Numbered from the stretch's first letter, positions 25,245 to 34,192 are shown. The stretch is 52,949 nucleotides of DNA from Parcubacteria group bacterium (GCA_039740895.1 JBCLGS010000003.1:1-52949), one strand, 5' to 3'. Translations and numbers: made by a program. The notes: generated by a model from the letters alone, not told the origin.

Positions 25245-25275
25245 GTTCCCCAAGGACTCTCCTTGGGGAACTTTT
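25245..25275. terminator. second strong hairpin at the islet D boundary
   Basis: 11-bp stem GTTCCCCAAGG / CCTTGGGGAAC with loop ACTCT, followed by TTTT. It could also stop read-through from the tRNA-Gly side. Confidence 0.6.
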
Positions 25276-25513
25276 GAACTTCCCATCATTTTAGATACAT
25301 TAAAAAAATTCCTAGCATCACTCCGTGAAGGTTAACTACGAGAGGCAATCAAAGTAATTGCCGAAAGAGATTAAATAACTCAGGCTCCACCTCGGCTGTT
25401 TTGCCTACTAGCAAAACACGCATCCGACCAGTTCGACCCCCTCGCAAGAGTGTGCAGACACTCTTGCTCCATCCCGCACAGAAACCAAAAATAGCCCGAT
25501 GGCTCTTTCTTTG

Positions 25514-25584
25514 TGCGGGATAGGGGAATCGAACTCCTACTAATAGATTGGAAATCTATTGTTCTACCATTAAACTAATCCCGC
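25514..25584 (-). tRNA. tRNA-Gly (anticodon UCC)
   Basis: Minus strand reads GCGGGAT-TA-GTTT-AATGGTA-GAAC-A-ATAGA-TTTCCAA-TCTAT-TAGT-AGGAG-TTCGATT-CCCCT-ATCCCGC-A. 71 nt, no encoded CCA. Confidence 0.9.
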
Positions 25585-25675
25585 GTCAAGTAGTACTCTC
25601 ATGCTTTACTACTATATTCCTTATTCTAACATAAAACTAAATTAATCCAAGCCATATTTACATATGATATAATGA

Positions 25676-26833
25676 ATGTCATTCATGATTACCCGAAACA
25701 AATTATTGTTACTGCTTCTAATTTCCATATCTCTATGGATGTTTTCTGTGTCTCCCCCACCAAACAAACAGGACGAAAATACAAATGTTGTAGATAATTC
25801 ACAAATATCAACAACTACCAATGAAAAAATTGTAATTAAACAAATAATTACACCGATAAACCATGCGACTTCATCGAAAAAAATCATAGAAAAGACAGCT
25901 GTGAAGCCATCTGAAAAAACTTCACCGAACACAAACACAGCCAAACAAATACTCCCCTCTCCGCCAACTGAAATAAAACCAGCAGAACCTCAGCCAGACT
26001 TTGAAGCAATCAACCAATTTGCCCGCAAAGCTGTTGTAAATATTCTCTGCACTTCAAATTCAATAGGAATATCGGGTACTAGCGGAACAGGGGTATTGAT
26101 AGATTCTCGTGGAATTATTTTGACCAACGCTCACTTGGGACAATACTGGTTGCTTAAAGATTATCCTTCAAAAGATTCTATTGAGTGTGTGATTCGCACA
26201 GGAAGTCCTGCTTATCCTAGGTATAAAGCAGAGCTTATGTATATTCCACCTAGCTGGGTTGAAGGTAATCCAAACGCAGTAAGAGAGCAAAAAGGCACAG
26301 GTGAGAAGGATTTTGCTTTTCTGCGTATTACAGGTAGCATTGATGGCTCCCCACTTCCCCCTTCATTTGACTATACTCCAATAGACAGAAGTGGGGATAT
26401 AACAAAAAATGAAATTGTTGTTTTAGTTTCGTACCCTGCAGGGTTTCTAGGTGGTCAAACCATTTTACAAAGTTTAAATATGACTAGTGCATTTACATCA
26501 ATCCAAGATTTTTTTACGTTCAAAGAAGGTACCATTGATTTAATTTCTGTTGGAGGAACGGTCATATCTCAAAAAGGTGCCTCTGGTGGGGCTGTGATAG
26601 ATGGAAAATCATCTCTTATCGGCATAATAACTACTAGCACCAACGCCACTACAACAAGTGCCAGGCAGTTGAATGCAATAACACTTTCCTATATAAACAG
26701 AATCCTCTGGGAAGAAGCTGGAGAGGGTTTAGCGGAACTATTATCACAAGACTCGAGTGTAGTAGCAAAAACTTTTAATGACACAGTTGCTGGAACACTG
26801 ACAAAGATATTAACTGATGTTTTAAATAAATAA
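25676..26833 (+). CDS. secreted/anchored trypsin-like serine protease
   Basis: 385 aa with an N-terminal signal anchor. GTGVLIDSRGIILTNAHL provides the His context and GASGGAV the Ser context. The start may be 25685. Confidence 0.6.
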   Translation: MSFMITRNKLLLLLLISISLWMFSVSPPPNKQDENTNVVDNSQISTTTNEKIVIKQIITPINHATSSKKIIEKTAVKPSEKTSPNTNTAKQILPSPPTEIKPAEPQPDFEAINQFARKAVVNILCTSNSIGISGTSGTGVLIDSRGIILTNAHLGQYWLLKDYPSKDSIECVIRTGSPAYPRYKAELMYIPPSWVEGNPNAVREQKGTGEKDFAFLRITGSIDGSPLPPSFDYTPIDRSGDITKNEIVVLVSYPAGFLGGQTILQSLNMTSAFTSIQDFFTFKEGTIDLISVGGTVISQKGASGGAVIDGKSSLIGIITTSTNATTTSARQLNAITLSYINRILWEEAGEGLAELLSQDSSVVAKTFNDTVAGTLTKILTDVLNK

Positions 26834-26902
26834 ATAACTTGTTATTTAAATTTATTTTTTGCGTTCTCGGCACCTCAAAATGTTCTTGTCTACGACAAAA
26901 CA

Positions 26903-27226
26903 TTATTGATGCGTGATTTTTGTAGTGCAAAAATCAGCGGAGATTTGTACCAGCATATCAAAATTATCTTCCTTAACAGCCTTGTTTGACAAATCTAGCC
27001 CGCATTTCACACATTTATGAATTATGATGTATTCCCTATTCTTCACTTCCACTCGGACCGGCTCCATTAATCCCCTACAAATCCCCGCTCTATCGCCCGG
27101 AGTAACATCAACATGTTTGGACCACAGGCATTGTGGGCAATGATTGGTATACCCGTTCCCTTCCACATCAAACCCGCATTTTTCGCACACAAAGTCTTCG
27201 ATATTTCTTTTAAATTGAGATGACAT
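26903..27226 (-). CDS. RNHCP domain-containing protein
   Basis: 107 aa. CEKCG...YTNHCPQCLWSKHVD...CVKCG matches the RNHCP zinc-ribbon family. Confidence 0.7.
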   Translation of the reverse strand: MSSQFKRNIEDFVCEKCGFDVEGNGYTNHCPQCLWSKHVDVTPGDRAGICRGLMEPVRVEVKNREYIIIHKCVKCGLDLSNKAVKEDNFDMLVQISADFCTTKITHQ

Positions 27227-27235
27227 ATATATTTT

Positions 27236-28171
27236 TTATTTAAACCCACATAAATTTTTCAACGCCGTTAAATCATTTACCGTCAATGTATCATTCAGTC
27301 CCGAATTGAAACTGTACATGATGTCTTTCGTACCATCTGTATGTTCCAAGCTAAGAGCATGACCAAATTCGTGAGCCAAAACTCTAATTAGTTTTTGTTT
27401 ATTATCGTATTGAAAAATATCAATAGCTTCGCCATTTGCATCTCTGTGATACAAACCCCCTGTAAACTCTTCCCCATGGGCCGTAGCTATTGTGTTTATT
27501 TTCAAAACGTTCAAATTAAGTTTTCTTGCCATTAAATTTACATCTTCCACAACACTATTTATGTTTTCAATCAACAAATTGTTTTGTGTCTGCATGTTCT
27601 GCAAGTTTTGGAGCTCCTGTTGTAGGGAAGCCTTGTCTGCAGTGAGTTTATCATAAACATCTTTTATAGATCCCCCACGCTTATTCCAATAGTCAACTTC
27701 AGTATTATATGCATCTTGATGCGCATTGTAAGCGGAAATTGCTGAAGTATATGCGACTTTTTGCCTTACAAAATCTGCTTGCATTGAATTATATTTAGAA
27801 AGGAGAGCATTGTATGAATCCTGATCATTTTTGGAAAGTGATTTTAGTTCCTGGATTTTAACTGTACCGCTTTGGCGACTATCATATATAAGATTTATTT
27901 TTAATCCCCCATCTGGCTTATAGACAAATAGCTGCTTTCCAATAGAACTTTCCCAGATATTCTCTGCAGATGAAATATTTTTCAGGAAATCTGACTTTGA
28001 TAAGCCAAAGCGTACATCAAATGTACCGATACTATAAGCGATCGGTCTCTGGCAAGGAAAATATTTGTTATATAGAAAATTATAATTCTGTCCAATCTGG
28101 GTTTTAAATACAAACCAAAAAATACCAATGGCTAGAATAATTATTAATGTCTTTAAAATTTTTTGGAACAT
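27236..28171 (-). CDS. membrane-anchored matrixin-like zinc metalloprotease
   Basis: 311 aa with an N-terminal TM, a central coiled coil and HEFGHALSLEH (HExxHxxxxxH). Confidence 0.7.
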   Translation of the reverse strand: MFQKILKTLIIILAIGIFWFVFKTQIGQNYNFLYNKYFPCQRPIAYSIGTFDVRFGLSKSDFLKNISSAENIWESSIGKQLFVYKPDGGLKINLIYDSRQSGTVKIQELKSLSKNDQDSYNALLSKYNSMQADFVRQKVAYTSAISAYNAHQDAYNTEVDYWNKRGGSIKDVYDKLTADKASLQQELQNLQNMQTQNNLLIENINSVVEDVNLMARKLNLNVLKINTIATAHGEEFTGGLYHRDANGEAIDIFQYDNKQKLIRVLAHEFGHALSLEHTDGTKDIMYSFNSGLNDTLTVNDLTALKNLCGFK

Positions 28172-28409
28172 TTTTTAAATAACAAAAAGTTGTTGAGGGA
28201 ATGAAAATTCTTTTCTTTGTCGGGGTGCCGGGAAATTCTTCCTCAACTTTTTCCTCCTTACAGGAGCAGTACACCTTTCGCATCTGAATACAGATGTTCA
28301 AGGTCTTGCGAAGTGATACCATCACTTCTCACCCGCTCCGTTTTTCGATTCTCGATGTAAAGTCATAACATGACTTTACTGCACACCGAAAAAAACTTTG
28401 AGTTTTTTG

Positions 28410-28480
28410 TCGGGGTGCCGGGAATCGAACCCGGGCCGCCTGATCCCAAATCAGGTATACTACCGCTATACTACACCCCG
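28410..28480 (-). tRNA. tRNA-Pro (anticodon UGG)
   Basis: Minus strand reads CGGGGTG...CCTGA-TTTGGGA-TCAGG...CCGGG-TTCGATT-CCCGG-CACCCCG-A. 71 nt with G37, no encoded CCA. Confidence 0.9.
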
Positions 28481-28563
28481 AAATAAACAGATGTAACAAA
28501 AGCAGTTTACCATAGAACAAATAAACTACCAAATAAAAAGTTGTGTTAATTTGGAAATTTTAT

Positions 28564-29082
28564 CTATAAGACAATGTCTTCTAGCAAAAAAACTCTCGAC
28601 ATCCTCTTTTCAATATCTACATATACAGTTACTACATCAAACTGCCAATCTGTTTCATCTGAAACCCGTCCAGCTGAACAGTCGTTAGGGCGGGCATCTT
28701 TTTCTAATAAATAGGACTGGATTACACGCGAAAGTCTTTTGAGCTTCCATGGATGCATATTATCCTCTGGCCTGTAGGAGTCATTATTTGTTCCACGTGT
28801 AACTTCCCTATTCTGAGAATGCGGGATTTCACCGGAAACACTTTTTACTTCAATAAAATGTAAAATTTTGTTATTTTTAACCATAAATATATCTATAATG
28901 GATCGGATGATTGAGTTTGTAGGACTAGATGTAGCCACGATATCAATTTCTCCCCACTTTCTTGAATAGTTACGGTCAACAATCTTCCAACCCAATTTTT
29001 TCAAATATTGGCACGCGCAGTCCTCACCAATCTGGCCGATTACTTGTTTCTGGGTAGGATTTAAGGGTTTTTTGTTGTACAT
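28564..29082 (-). CDS. YraN-family (UPF0102) endonuclease-like protein with insertions
   Basis: 172 aa, against about 120 aa typical. GEDCACQYLKKLGWKIVDRNYSRKWGEIDIVA and HFIEVKS are the YraN motifs. It contains a 30-nt palindrome at 28665-28694. Confidence 0.65.
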   Translation of the reverse strand: MYNKKPLNPTQKQVIGQIGEDCACQYLKKLGWKIVDRNYSRKWGEIDIVATSSPTNSIIRSIIDIFMVKNNKILHFIEVKSVSGEIPHSQNREVTRGTNNDSYRPEDNMHPWKLKRLSRVIQSYLLEKDARPNDCSAGRVSDETDWQFDVVTVYVDIEKRMSRVFLLEDIVL

Positions 29083-29512
29083 GAAACTAAATTATACATC
29101 ATAGCGGTTTAATTAACTCAATATATCTAATTTTGTTACACATGTAACATTTTTGTAGTTTTCACGTGAAACGGTACGCATATATTCTATAAAACAGACA
29201 TTAAAAGGACTCTTTGTCTTGTATAAATCCATATTTTAAGCCATATTTTTTAAATAGACATAATTTTGTCTCAAAGTTTGACGGTAGTCAAAGACTAGTC
29301 CTTAATCCCCATATCCACAGACTTATCCACAGTTTGTGTATAAATATAGCTAAATAGGGAAGTCTAAGACTTGTGTCTTTTCGATTGTTCTTTATTTAGT
29401 CTCTGATATATTTTTTTGAAAATGATATGAAATAGTAGTAATATGTAATTCTATATTCATTTATATTTTGAATTTACTTATCATTTGTGTATACTTAATA
29501 AGTGTTACTTTT

Positions 29513-29583
29513 GCGGGCATGGTTTAGTGGTAGAACACGTCCTTGCCAAGGACGAGACGGGGTTTCGATTACCCCTACCCGCA
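29513..29583 (+). tRNA. tRNA-Gly (anticodon GCC)
   Basis: GCGGGCA...CGTCC-TTGCCAA-GGACG...GGGGT-TTCGATT-ACCCC-TACCCGC-A. 71 nt. Confidence 0.9.
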
Positions 29584-29611
29584 CAGAATTAATAAAGTTT
29601 CTTAATTCAAT

Positions 29612-29683
29612 GCGCCCGTAGCTCAACGGATAGAGTACCGGTCTTCGGAACCGTGGATGTGGGTTCAATTCCTGCCGGGCGCA
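29612..29683 (+). tRNA. tRNA-Arg (anticodon UCG)
   Basis: GCGCCCG-TA-GCTC...CCGGT-CTTCGGA-ACCGT...TTCAATT...CGGGCGC-A. 72 nt. Confidence 0.85.
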
Positions 29684-29903
29684 CATGATAGAAAAATATG
29701 AACTGCTTCATATTTTTCGATACATGTGCGAGCCACAGTCATGTTTTTTCACCAGAAAAAACAGACGAGGCGGGGTCGCGGAAATTTCCGAGTGATGACG
29801 AGGAAATTATCTGTGACCACAAGCCTGCTTCATATTTTTCGATACAAGTGCGGGGACGGAGCGATGTTTTGTCTTTAGACAAAACACGTGAGTCCAAAAT
29901 GCC

Positions 29904-31376
29904 ATGAAAACAATCTTCCCCATCCCAAAAAAAGTTTCATATGTAACAAAAACACTCGAAAATGCTGGTTTTGAAGCTTTTTTGGTTGGTGGATGTGTTC
30001 GAGACTTGATACTCGGTAGGGAACCGAAAGATTGGGATGTGACTACAAACGCCACACCAGAGCAGATTATCTCTGTTTTTCCTCACACTTTCTATGAAAA
30101 TACCTTTGGTACTGTAGGTGTAGTGGTAGATGAGACTGAAAATGAGACCCTCAAAACCATTGAAGTGACACCGTATCGTCTGGAATCTGAATATTCTGAT
30201 AATCGCCACCCAGACAAAGTTACTTTCAGCACAAAACTAGAGGATGATTTGAAAAGGAGAGACTTCACAATGAACGCTTTAGCTTACTCTGTCTCAGAAG
30301 AAAAACTTGTTGACCTTTATGAGGGCCAGAAAGATATAAAAGACAAAGTCATAAAAACAGTAGGGAATCCAAGCGATAGATTTAACGAAGATGGACTTAG
30401 AATACTTCGAGCAATCAGATTTCAGTCTGAAATTGGTTTTGATATTGATCCTGAAACAGAGAAAGCTATTTTAGAAAATGGGCATTTGCTTGAGAATATA
30501 TCCAGAGAGAGGATCCGAGATGAGTTTACAAAAATTATTATGTCAGAAAACCCTATGAGTGGGCTTTTGGCTATGAAGAGGTTTGATATTTTAAAATATA
30601 TTATTCCTGAACTTATGGACACTATCGGTGTAAAACAAAACTATGCCCATAAATATGATGTTTGGGGGCATTTGATTCGCAGTGTTCAGACTGGTGCCGA
30701 CAAAAATTTCCCTCTAGAAATCCGTTTAACGGCTCTATTTCACGATATTTCTAAACCAGCAGCCAGAAGATGGTCTGAAGAACAAAAACAATGGACATTT
30801 TATGGTCATGAGGTACTTGGCGCACGAGTAACTAAAAAAATATTATCTGATTTAAAATATTCTTCAAAAATTATTGAAAAAGTCACCAAGCTTGCACGAT
30901 GGCATATGTTCTTTTCTGACACAGAGCAAATTACGCTCTCAGCGGTCCGTAGAATGATTGTAAATGTGAACAGGGATAACATATGGGATTTGATGAATGT
31001 ACGCATATGCGACCGTATAGGGACTGGTAGGCCCAAAGAAGAGCCATATCGTCTGAGAAAATATCATGCAATGATAGATGAAGCACTTCGCGACCCAGTT
31101 TCAGTGGGAATGCTAAAAATAGATGGTAAAAAATTAATGGATGTATTGAAAATAACTCCCGGACCAAGAATTGGTTTCATTTTGAATGCTTTACTTGAGG
31201 AGGTTTTAGAAGATCCAAAGAAAAATACAGTTGAATACCTAGAAGACAAAGCACAAGAACTGTTTTTGCTTCCACTGAATGAACTGCAATCCTTAGGTGA
31301 GAAGGGAAAGGAAACGAAAGAAGAGGCAGATGAAGCTGAAATCAAGAAAATACGTGAAAAACATTGGGTGAAATAA
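29904..31376 (+). CDS. cca: CCA-adding tRNA nucleotidyltransferase with HD domain
   Basis: 490 aa with the GGCVRDLILGREPKDWDVTT head domain and RRDFTMNA, plus a C-terminal HD region (LFHDISKP). This fits the observation that all tRNAs and the tmRNA here lack encoded CCA. Confidence 0.85.
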   Translation: MKTIFPIPKKVSYVTKTLENAGFEAFLVGGCVRDLILGREPKDWDVTTNATPEQIISVFPHTFYENTFGTVGVVVDETENETLKTIEVTPYRLESEYSDNRHPDKVTFSTKLEDDLKRRDFTMNALAYSVSEEKLVDLYEGQKDIKDKVIKTVGNPSDRFNEDGLRILRAIRFQSEIGFDIDPETEKAILENGHLLENISRERIRDEFTKIIMSENPMSGLLAMKRFDILKYIIPELMDTIGVKQNYAHKYDVWGHLIRSVQTGADKNFPLEIRLTALFHDISKPAARRWSEEQKQWTFYGHEVLGARVTKKILSDLKYSSKIIEKVTKLARWHMFFSDTEQITLSAVRRMIVNVNRDNIWDLMNVRICDRIGTGRPKEEPYRLRKYHAMIDEALRDPVSVGMLKIDGKKLMDVLKITPGPRIGFILNALLEEVLEDPKKNTVEYLEDKAQELFLLPLNELQSLGEKGKETKEEADEAEIKKIREKHWVK

Positions 31377-31734
31377 AAAACAGCCCGACGGCTAGTAAGA
31401 TTAGAACTAGTGTTCGGACTGTTGGGGTAAGGAGTGATCCAGTTCCCATGACAAGAAAGCTAAAATAACGAGACTCCAAAAAAAATAGTAGATAGTGAGA
31501 AGTCGTATTATTACTTTATTTATCGGGACCAGACGGTCCTAAATAGAGGGTGGCCTACCCTGAGAAAACAAAACTTAAACAAAAGAACAAACGCGTATGA
31601 AGAACAAATGAAATGGTCTGTCCTTGAAATTTCTCAAGGACTTATTATTTCGGTTCTGAAATCATTGTATCAAACATAAAAGACATGTAAAGGACATAGT
31701 ATATAGTAACTGTGGATAACTATGGAAAAAGATA

Positions 31735-31761
31735 ACTTAAAATTCCTAGGAATTTTAAGTT
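31735..31761 (-). terminator. terminator hairpin of xth
   Basis: Perfect palindrome ACTTAAAATTCC-TA-GGAATTTTAAGT, followed on the minus strand by TATCTTTTT. Confidence 0.65.
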
Positions 31762-31779
31762 AAATAAATAGTTTTGAAT

Positions 31780-32577
31780 TTATAAATCAATATCTAACTC
31801 AACTGGGCAGTGGTCTGAGCCCATAACTTCAGGAAGTATTTTTGAATGTTTAATTTTTGGTACTAGCTTTTTACTTGTAAAAAAATAATCTATTCTCCAA
31901 CCAACATTTCTTGCACGGGAATTGGCCCAATGAGTCCACCAGCTGTAGTGACCTTTGCCTTGAGTAAATAGTCGAAATGTATCAACAAAACCTTTCTTGA
32001 CCATATTATCCATTCCTTCACGCTCTTCGTCTGTAAAGCCATGCTTGCCCACATTTTCTTTTGGGTTAGCTAAATCCTCCTCTGTGTGAGCCACATTTAA
32101 GTCCCCGCAGAAAACAACTGGTTTCTTCTCATCCAAATCGGAAACGAATTCCAAGAAAGCTTTGTCCCATTTCTTGTGACGTAAAGACAAACGAGATAAA
32201 TCTTGCTTTGAATTTGGTGTGTAGACGGTGACCAGAAAGAAATGTTCAAATTCTGCGGTCAAAACCCGTCCTTCTGTGTTTGGATTTCCGTATTGATCAT
32301 CAGCAAAATGGTATTTTGAAACCAACTTCTCAGGCAAGCCGTATATGATTTGTATGGGCTTTATCTTAGTAAAGATAGCCGTTCCACTATATCCAGCCCT
32401 CTCTGCTGAATTCCAATATTCTTCATACTCTGGCAAATCCACATCGCTCTGGTGTTGTTTAGCCTTGGTTTCCTGAAGACAAACAATATCTGGTTTATAT
32501 TTTTCAATAAATGGCAAAAATAATCCTTTATTATGAACTGCTCTTAAGCCATTTACATTCCATGAAATAATTTTCAT
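31780..32577 (-). CDS. xth: exodeoxyribonuclease III
   Basis: 265 aa from MKIISWNVNGLRA. It has the QETK, GDLNVAH and SDHCPV motifs. Confidence 0.9.
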   Translation of the reverse strand: MKIISWNVNGLRAVHNKGLFLPFIEKYKPDIVCLQETKAKQHQSDVDLPEYEEYWNSAERAGYSGTAIFTKIKPIQIIYGLPEKLVSKYHFADDQYGNPNTEGRVLTAEFEHFFLVTVYTPNSKQDLSRLSLRHKKWDKAFLEFVSDLDEKKPVVFCGDLNVAHTEEDLANPKENVGKHGFTDEEREGMDNMVKKGFVDTFRLFTQGKGHYSWWTHWANSRARNVGWRIDYFFTSKKLVPKIKHSKILPEVMGSDHCPVELDIDL

Positions 32578-32640
32578 ACCTTCATTATACCAGTATTTTA
32601 GGTCTTGCAAAAGGGTTTGAGATATGCTACCCTTGTATCA

Positions 32641-32907
32641 ATGCTTACTAAAATAAAGAAATCAAAAATAGTGAAAAATGTCCAGATTCACGAGACAGAT
32701 ACTGGCTCTCCAGAGGTTCAAATCGCCATTTTGACTAAAAGAATTGACGAGCTTGCTTCACACCTAAAGAAAAACCCAAAAGATAACCACTCAAGAAAAG
32801 GTCTTTTACAGATGGTTGCAGACAGAAAAACTCACATCAAATATTTAGAGAAGAAGTCTCCAAAGCGTTTCAACGCACTTAACAAAAAGCTAGGTTTGAA
32901 GAAATAG
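32641..32907 (+). CDS. rpsO: 30S ribosomal protein S15
   Basis: 88 aa from MLTKIKK. It contains TDTGSPEVQIAILTKRIDELASHLKKNPKDNHSRKGLL. Confidence 0.9.
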   Translation: MLTKIKKSKIVKNVQIHETDTGSPEVQIAILTKRIDELASHLKKNPKDNHSRKGLLQMVADRKTHIKYLEKKSPKRFNALNKKLGLKK

Positions 32908-32982
32908 AAAATAAGGTAGGTTTTTTAACTAAAAGAGGTGGGGTGGGGTGGCAAACAAAACTGGATATGGTATAATTTCACA

Positions 32983-33477
32983 ATGACTAACTTCCTCCAG
33001 CTAAATAAAATAAAGTTTGTTTTATTAATTGTTTTGTTTGTGTTATTGGTGCCATTTATTGAAGTTGAAAATAGAATTCAATGTATCAAATCTCCATGTC
33101 CTTCAACTCCTTCAGAATCTATAGCAACTTTTGTATTTCATAACAGTGATATGGAAGGTATTAATATTGTCTATGTACTTATTGGTTTAATCTTTTCTTA
33201 CCTTGTTTCTTGTGTAATAACGACGCTAAGCAGAAGGGATTTTATGACAATAATTAATGTTGGATTGTTGCAATTTAGTTCTGCCTTTGTTGTTCATGCA
33301 TTTGTATACAATAACCGTTCCCTTAGTGAAATTGTTACATTTTTTACAATGATTATCTTTGCAATTTCTGGATTTTTTCTAGGGGGAAAAAGGAAAAGAA
33401 CGCTTGTATTTACTTTAATTTTTCCGGCAATTCTGTTCTTATTTTTATCTGGCCTTTTTTATCAACTCAGATTTTAG
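32983..33477 (+). CDS. hypothetical integral membrane protein
   Basis: 164 aa from MTNFLQL with 4-5 hydrophobic helices. TGGTATAAT at 32968-32976 ends 6 nt before the ATG, so the mRNA may be leaderless. Confidence 0.5.
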   Translation: MTNFLQLNKIKFVLLIVLFVLLVPFIEVENRIQCIKSPCPSTPSESIATFVFHNSDMEGINIVYVLIGLIFSYLVSCVITTLSRRDFMTIINVGLLQFSSAFVVHAFVYNNRSLSEIVTFFTMIIFAISGFFLGGKRKRTLVFTLIFPAILFLFLSGLFYQLRF

Positions 33478-33647
33478 GAGCGTAGCATAGATGTCATTTT
33501 TTTATCATATGCATGCCTTGGACGAAGACTTCGATGTTGATTTATTGAGTTTAGGCATGTTGTTTTAAAATTATATTGAGGTTCATGCTATACTTAAATT
33601 GTTCTTTTTTATATGCATTGTTTTACTTAATTTTTTAATATTTATAT

Positions 33648-34184
33648 ATGTCAGTTATAAAACACAAAAATCAACGCGTAGGGATTTTTATTGATACACA
33701 AAATTTGTATCATAGCGCAAAAAATATTCACGGTGCGAAAGTAAATTTCGACCAAGTAGTCAAAGATGGTCTAGCAGGTAGACTCCTGACAAGAGCAGTG
33801 GCTTATGTCATCACCACCGAATCAGGTGAAGAAAAAAGTTTTTTCGATGCTCTTGAAAAGATGGGCATAGAAACTAAAACAAAAAACCTTCAAATATTTG
33901 CTGGTGGGTCAAAGAAGGGGGATTGGGATGTTGGTCTTGCTGTTGATGCTATTAAATTGGCACCCAAACTTGATGCAATCATTCTAGTCACAGGGGACGG
34001 GGATTTTGTTCCTTTAGTTGAATTCTTAAAAAATGTTGGTTGCCAAGTAGAAGTAATGTCATTTGGTAAATCTTCATCCGCAAAACTAATAGAAGCTTGT
34101 GATGACTTTATCGACTTAGATAAAAATCCTCGCAAGTACCTCATAGGTTATGGTGCAAGAAGAAACAGGAGACCTATGCAATAA
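33648..34184 (+). CDS. NYN domain (LabA/DUF88-like) protein
   Basis: 178 aa containing VGIFIDTQNLYHSAK and ILVTGDGDFVPLVE, the acidic residues typical of NYN/PIN-like nucleases. Confidence 0.7.
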   Translation: MSVIKHKNQRVGIFIDTQNLYHSAKNIHGAKVNFDQVVKDGLAGRLLTRAVAYVITTESGEEKSFFDALEKMGIETKTKNLQIFAGGSKKGDWDVGLAVDAIKLAPKLDAIILVTGDGDFVPLVEFLKNVGCQVEVMSFGKSSSAKLIEACDDFIDLDKNPRKYLIGYGARRNRRPMQ

Positions 34185-34192
34185 AATATATT

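Noticed and set aside
28104-28532. ORFs 28104-28325 (-) and 28329-28532 (-).
   Set aside because: The first spans the matrixin start and the att-like scar. The second runs through tRNA-Pro. Neither has translation signals.
29495-29686. 63-aa minus-strand ORF.
   Set aside because: It is antisense to tRNA-Gly(GCC) and tRNA-Arg(UCG), and its open frame comes from the GC-rich tRNA sequence.
29703-29852. Two near-identical 28-nt direct repeats, considered as a possible CRISPR array.
   Set aside because: There are only two copies with a 122-nt period and no cas genes. The repeat is part of a terminator hairpin and a hairpin-rich spacer, so it is not an array.
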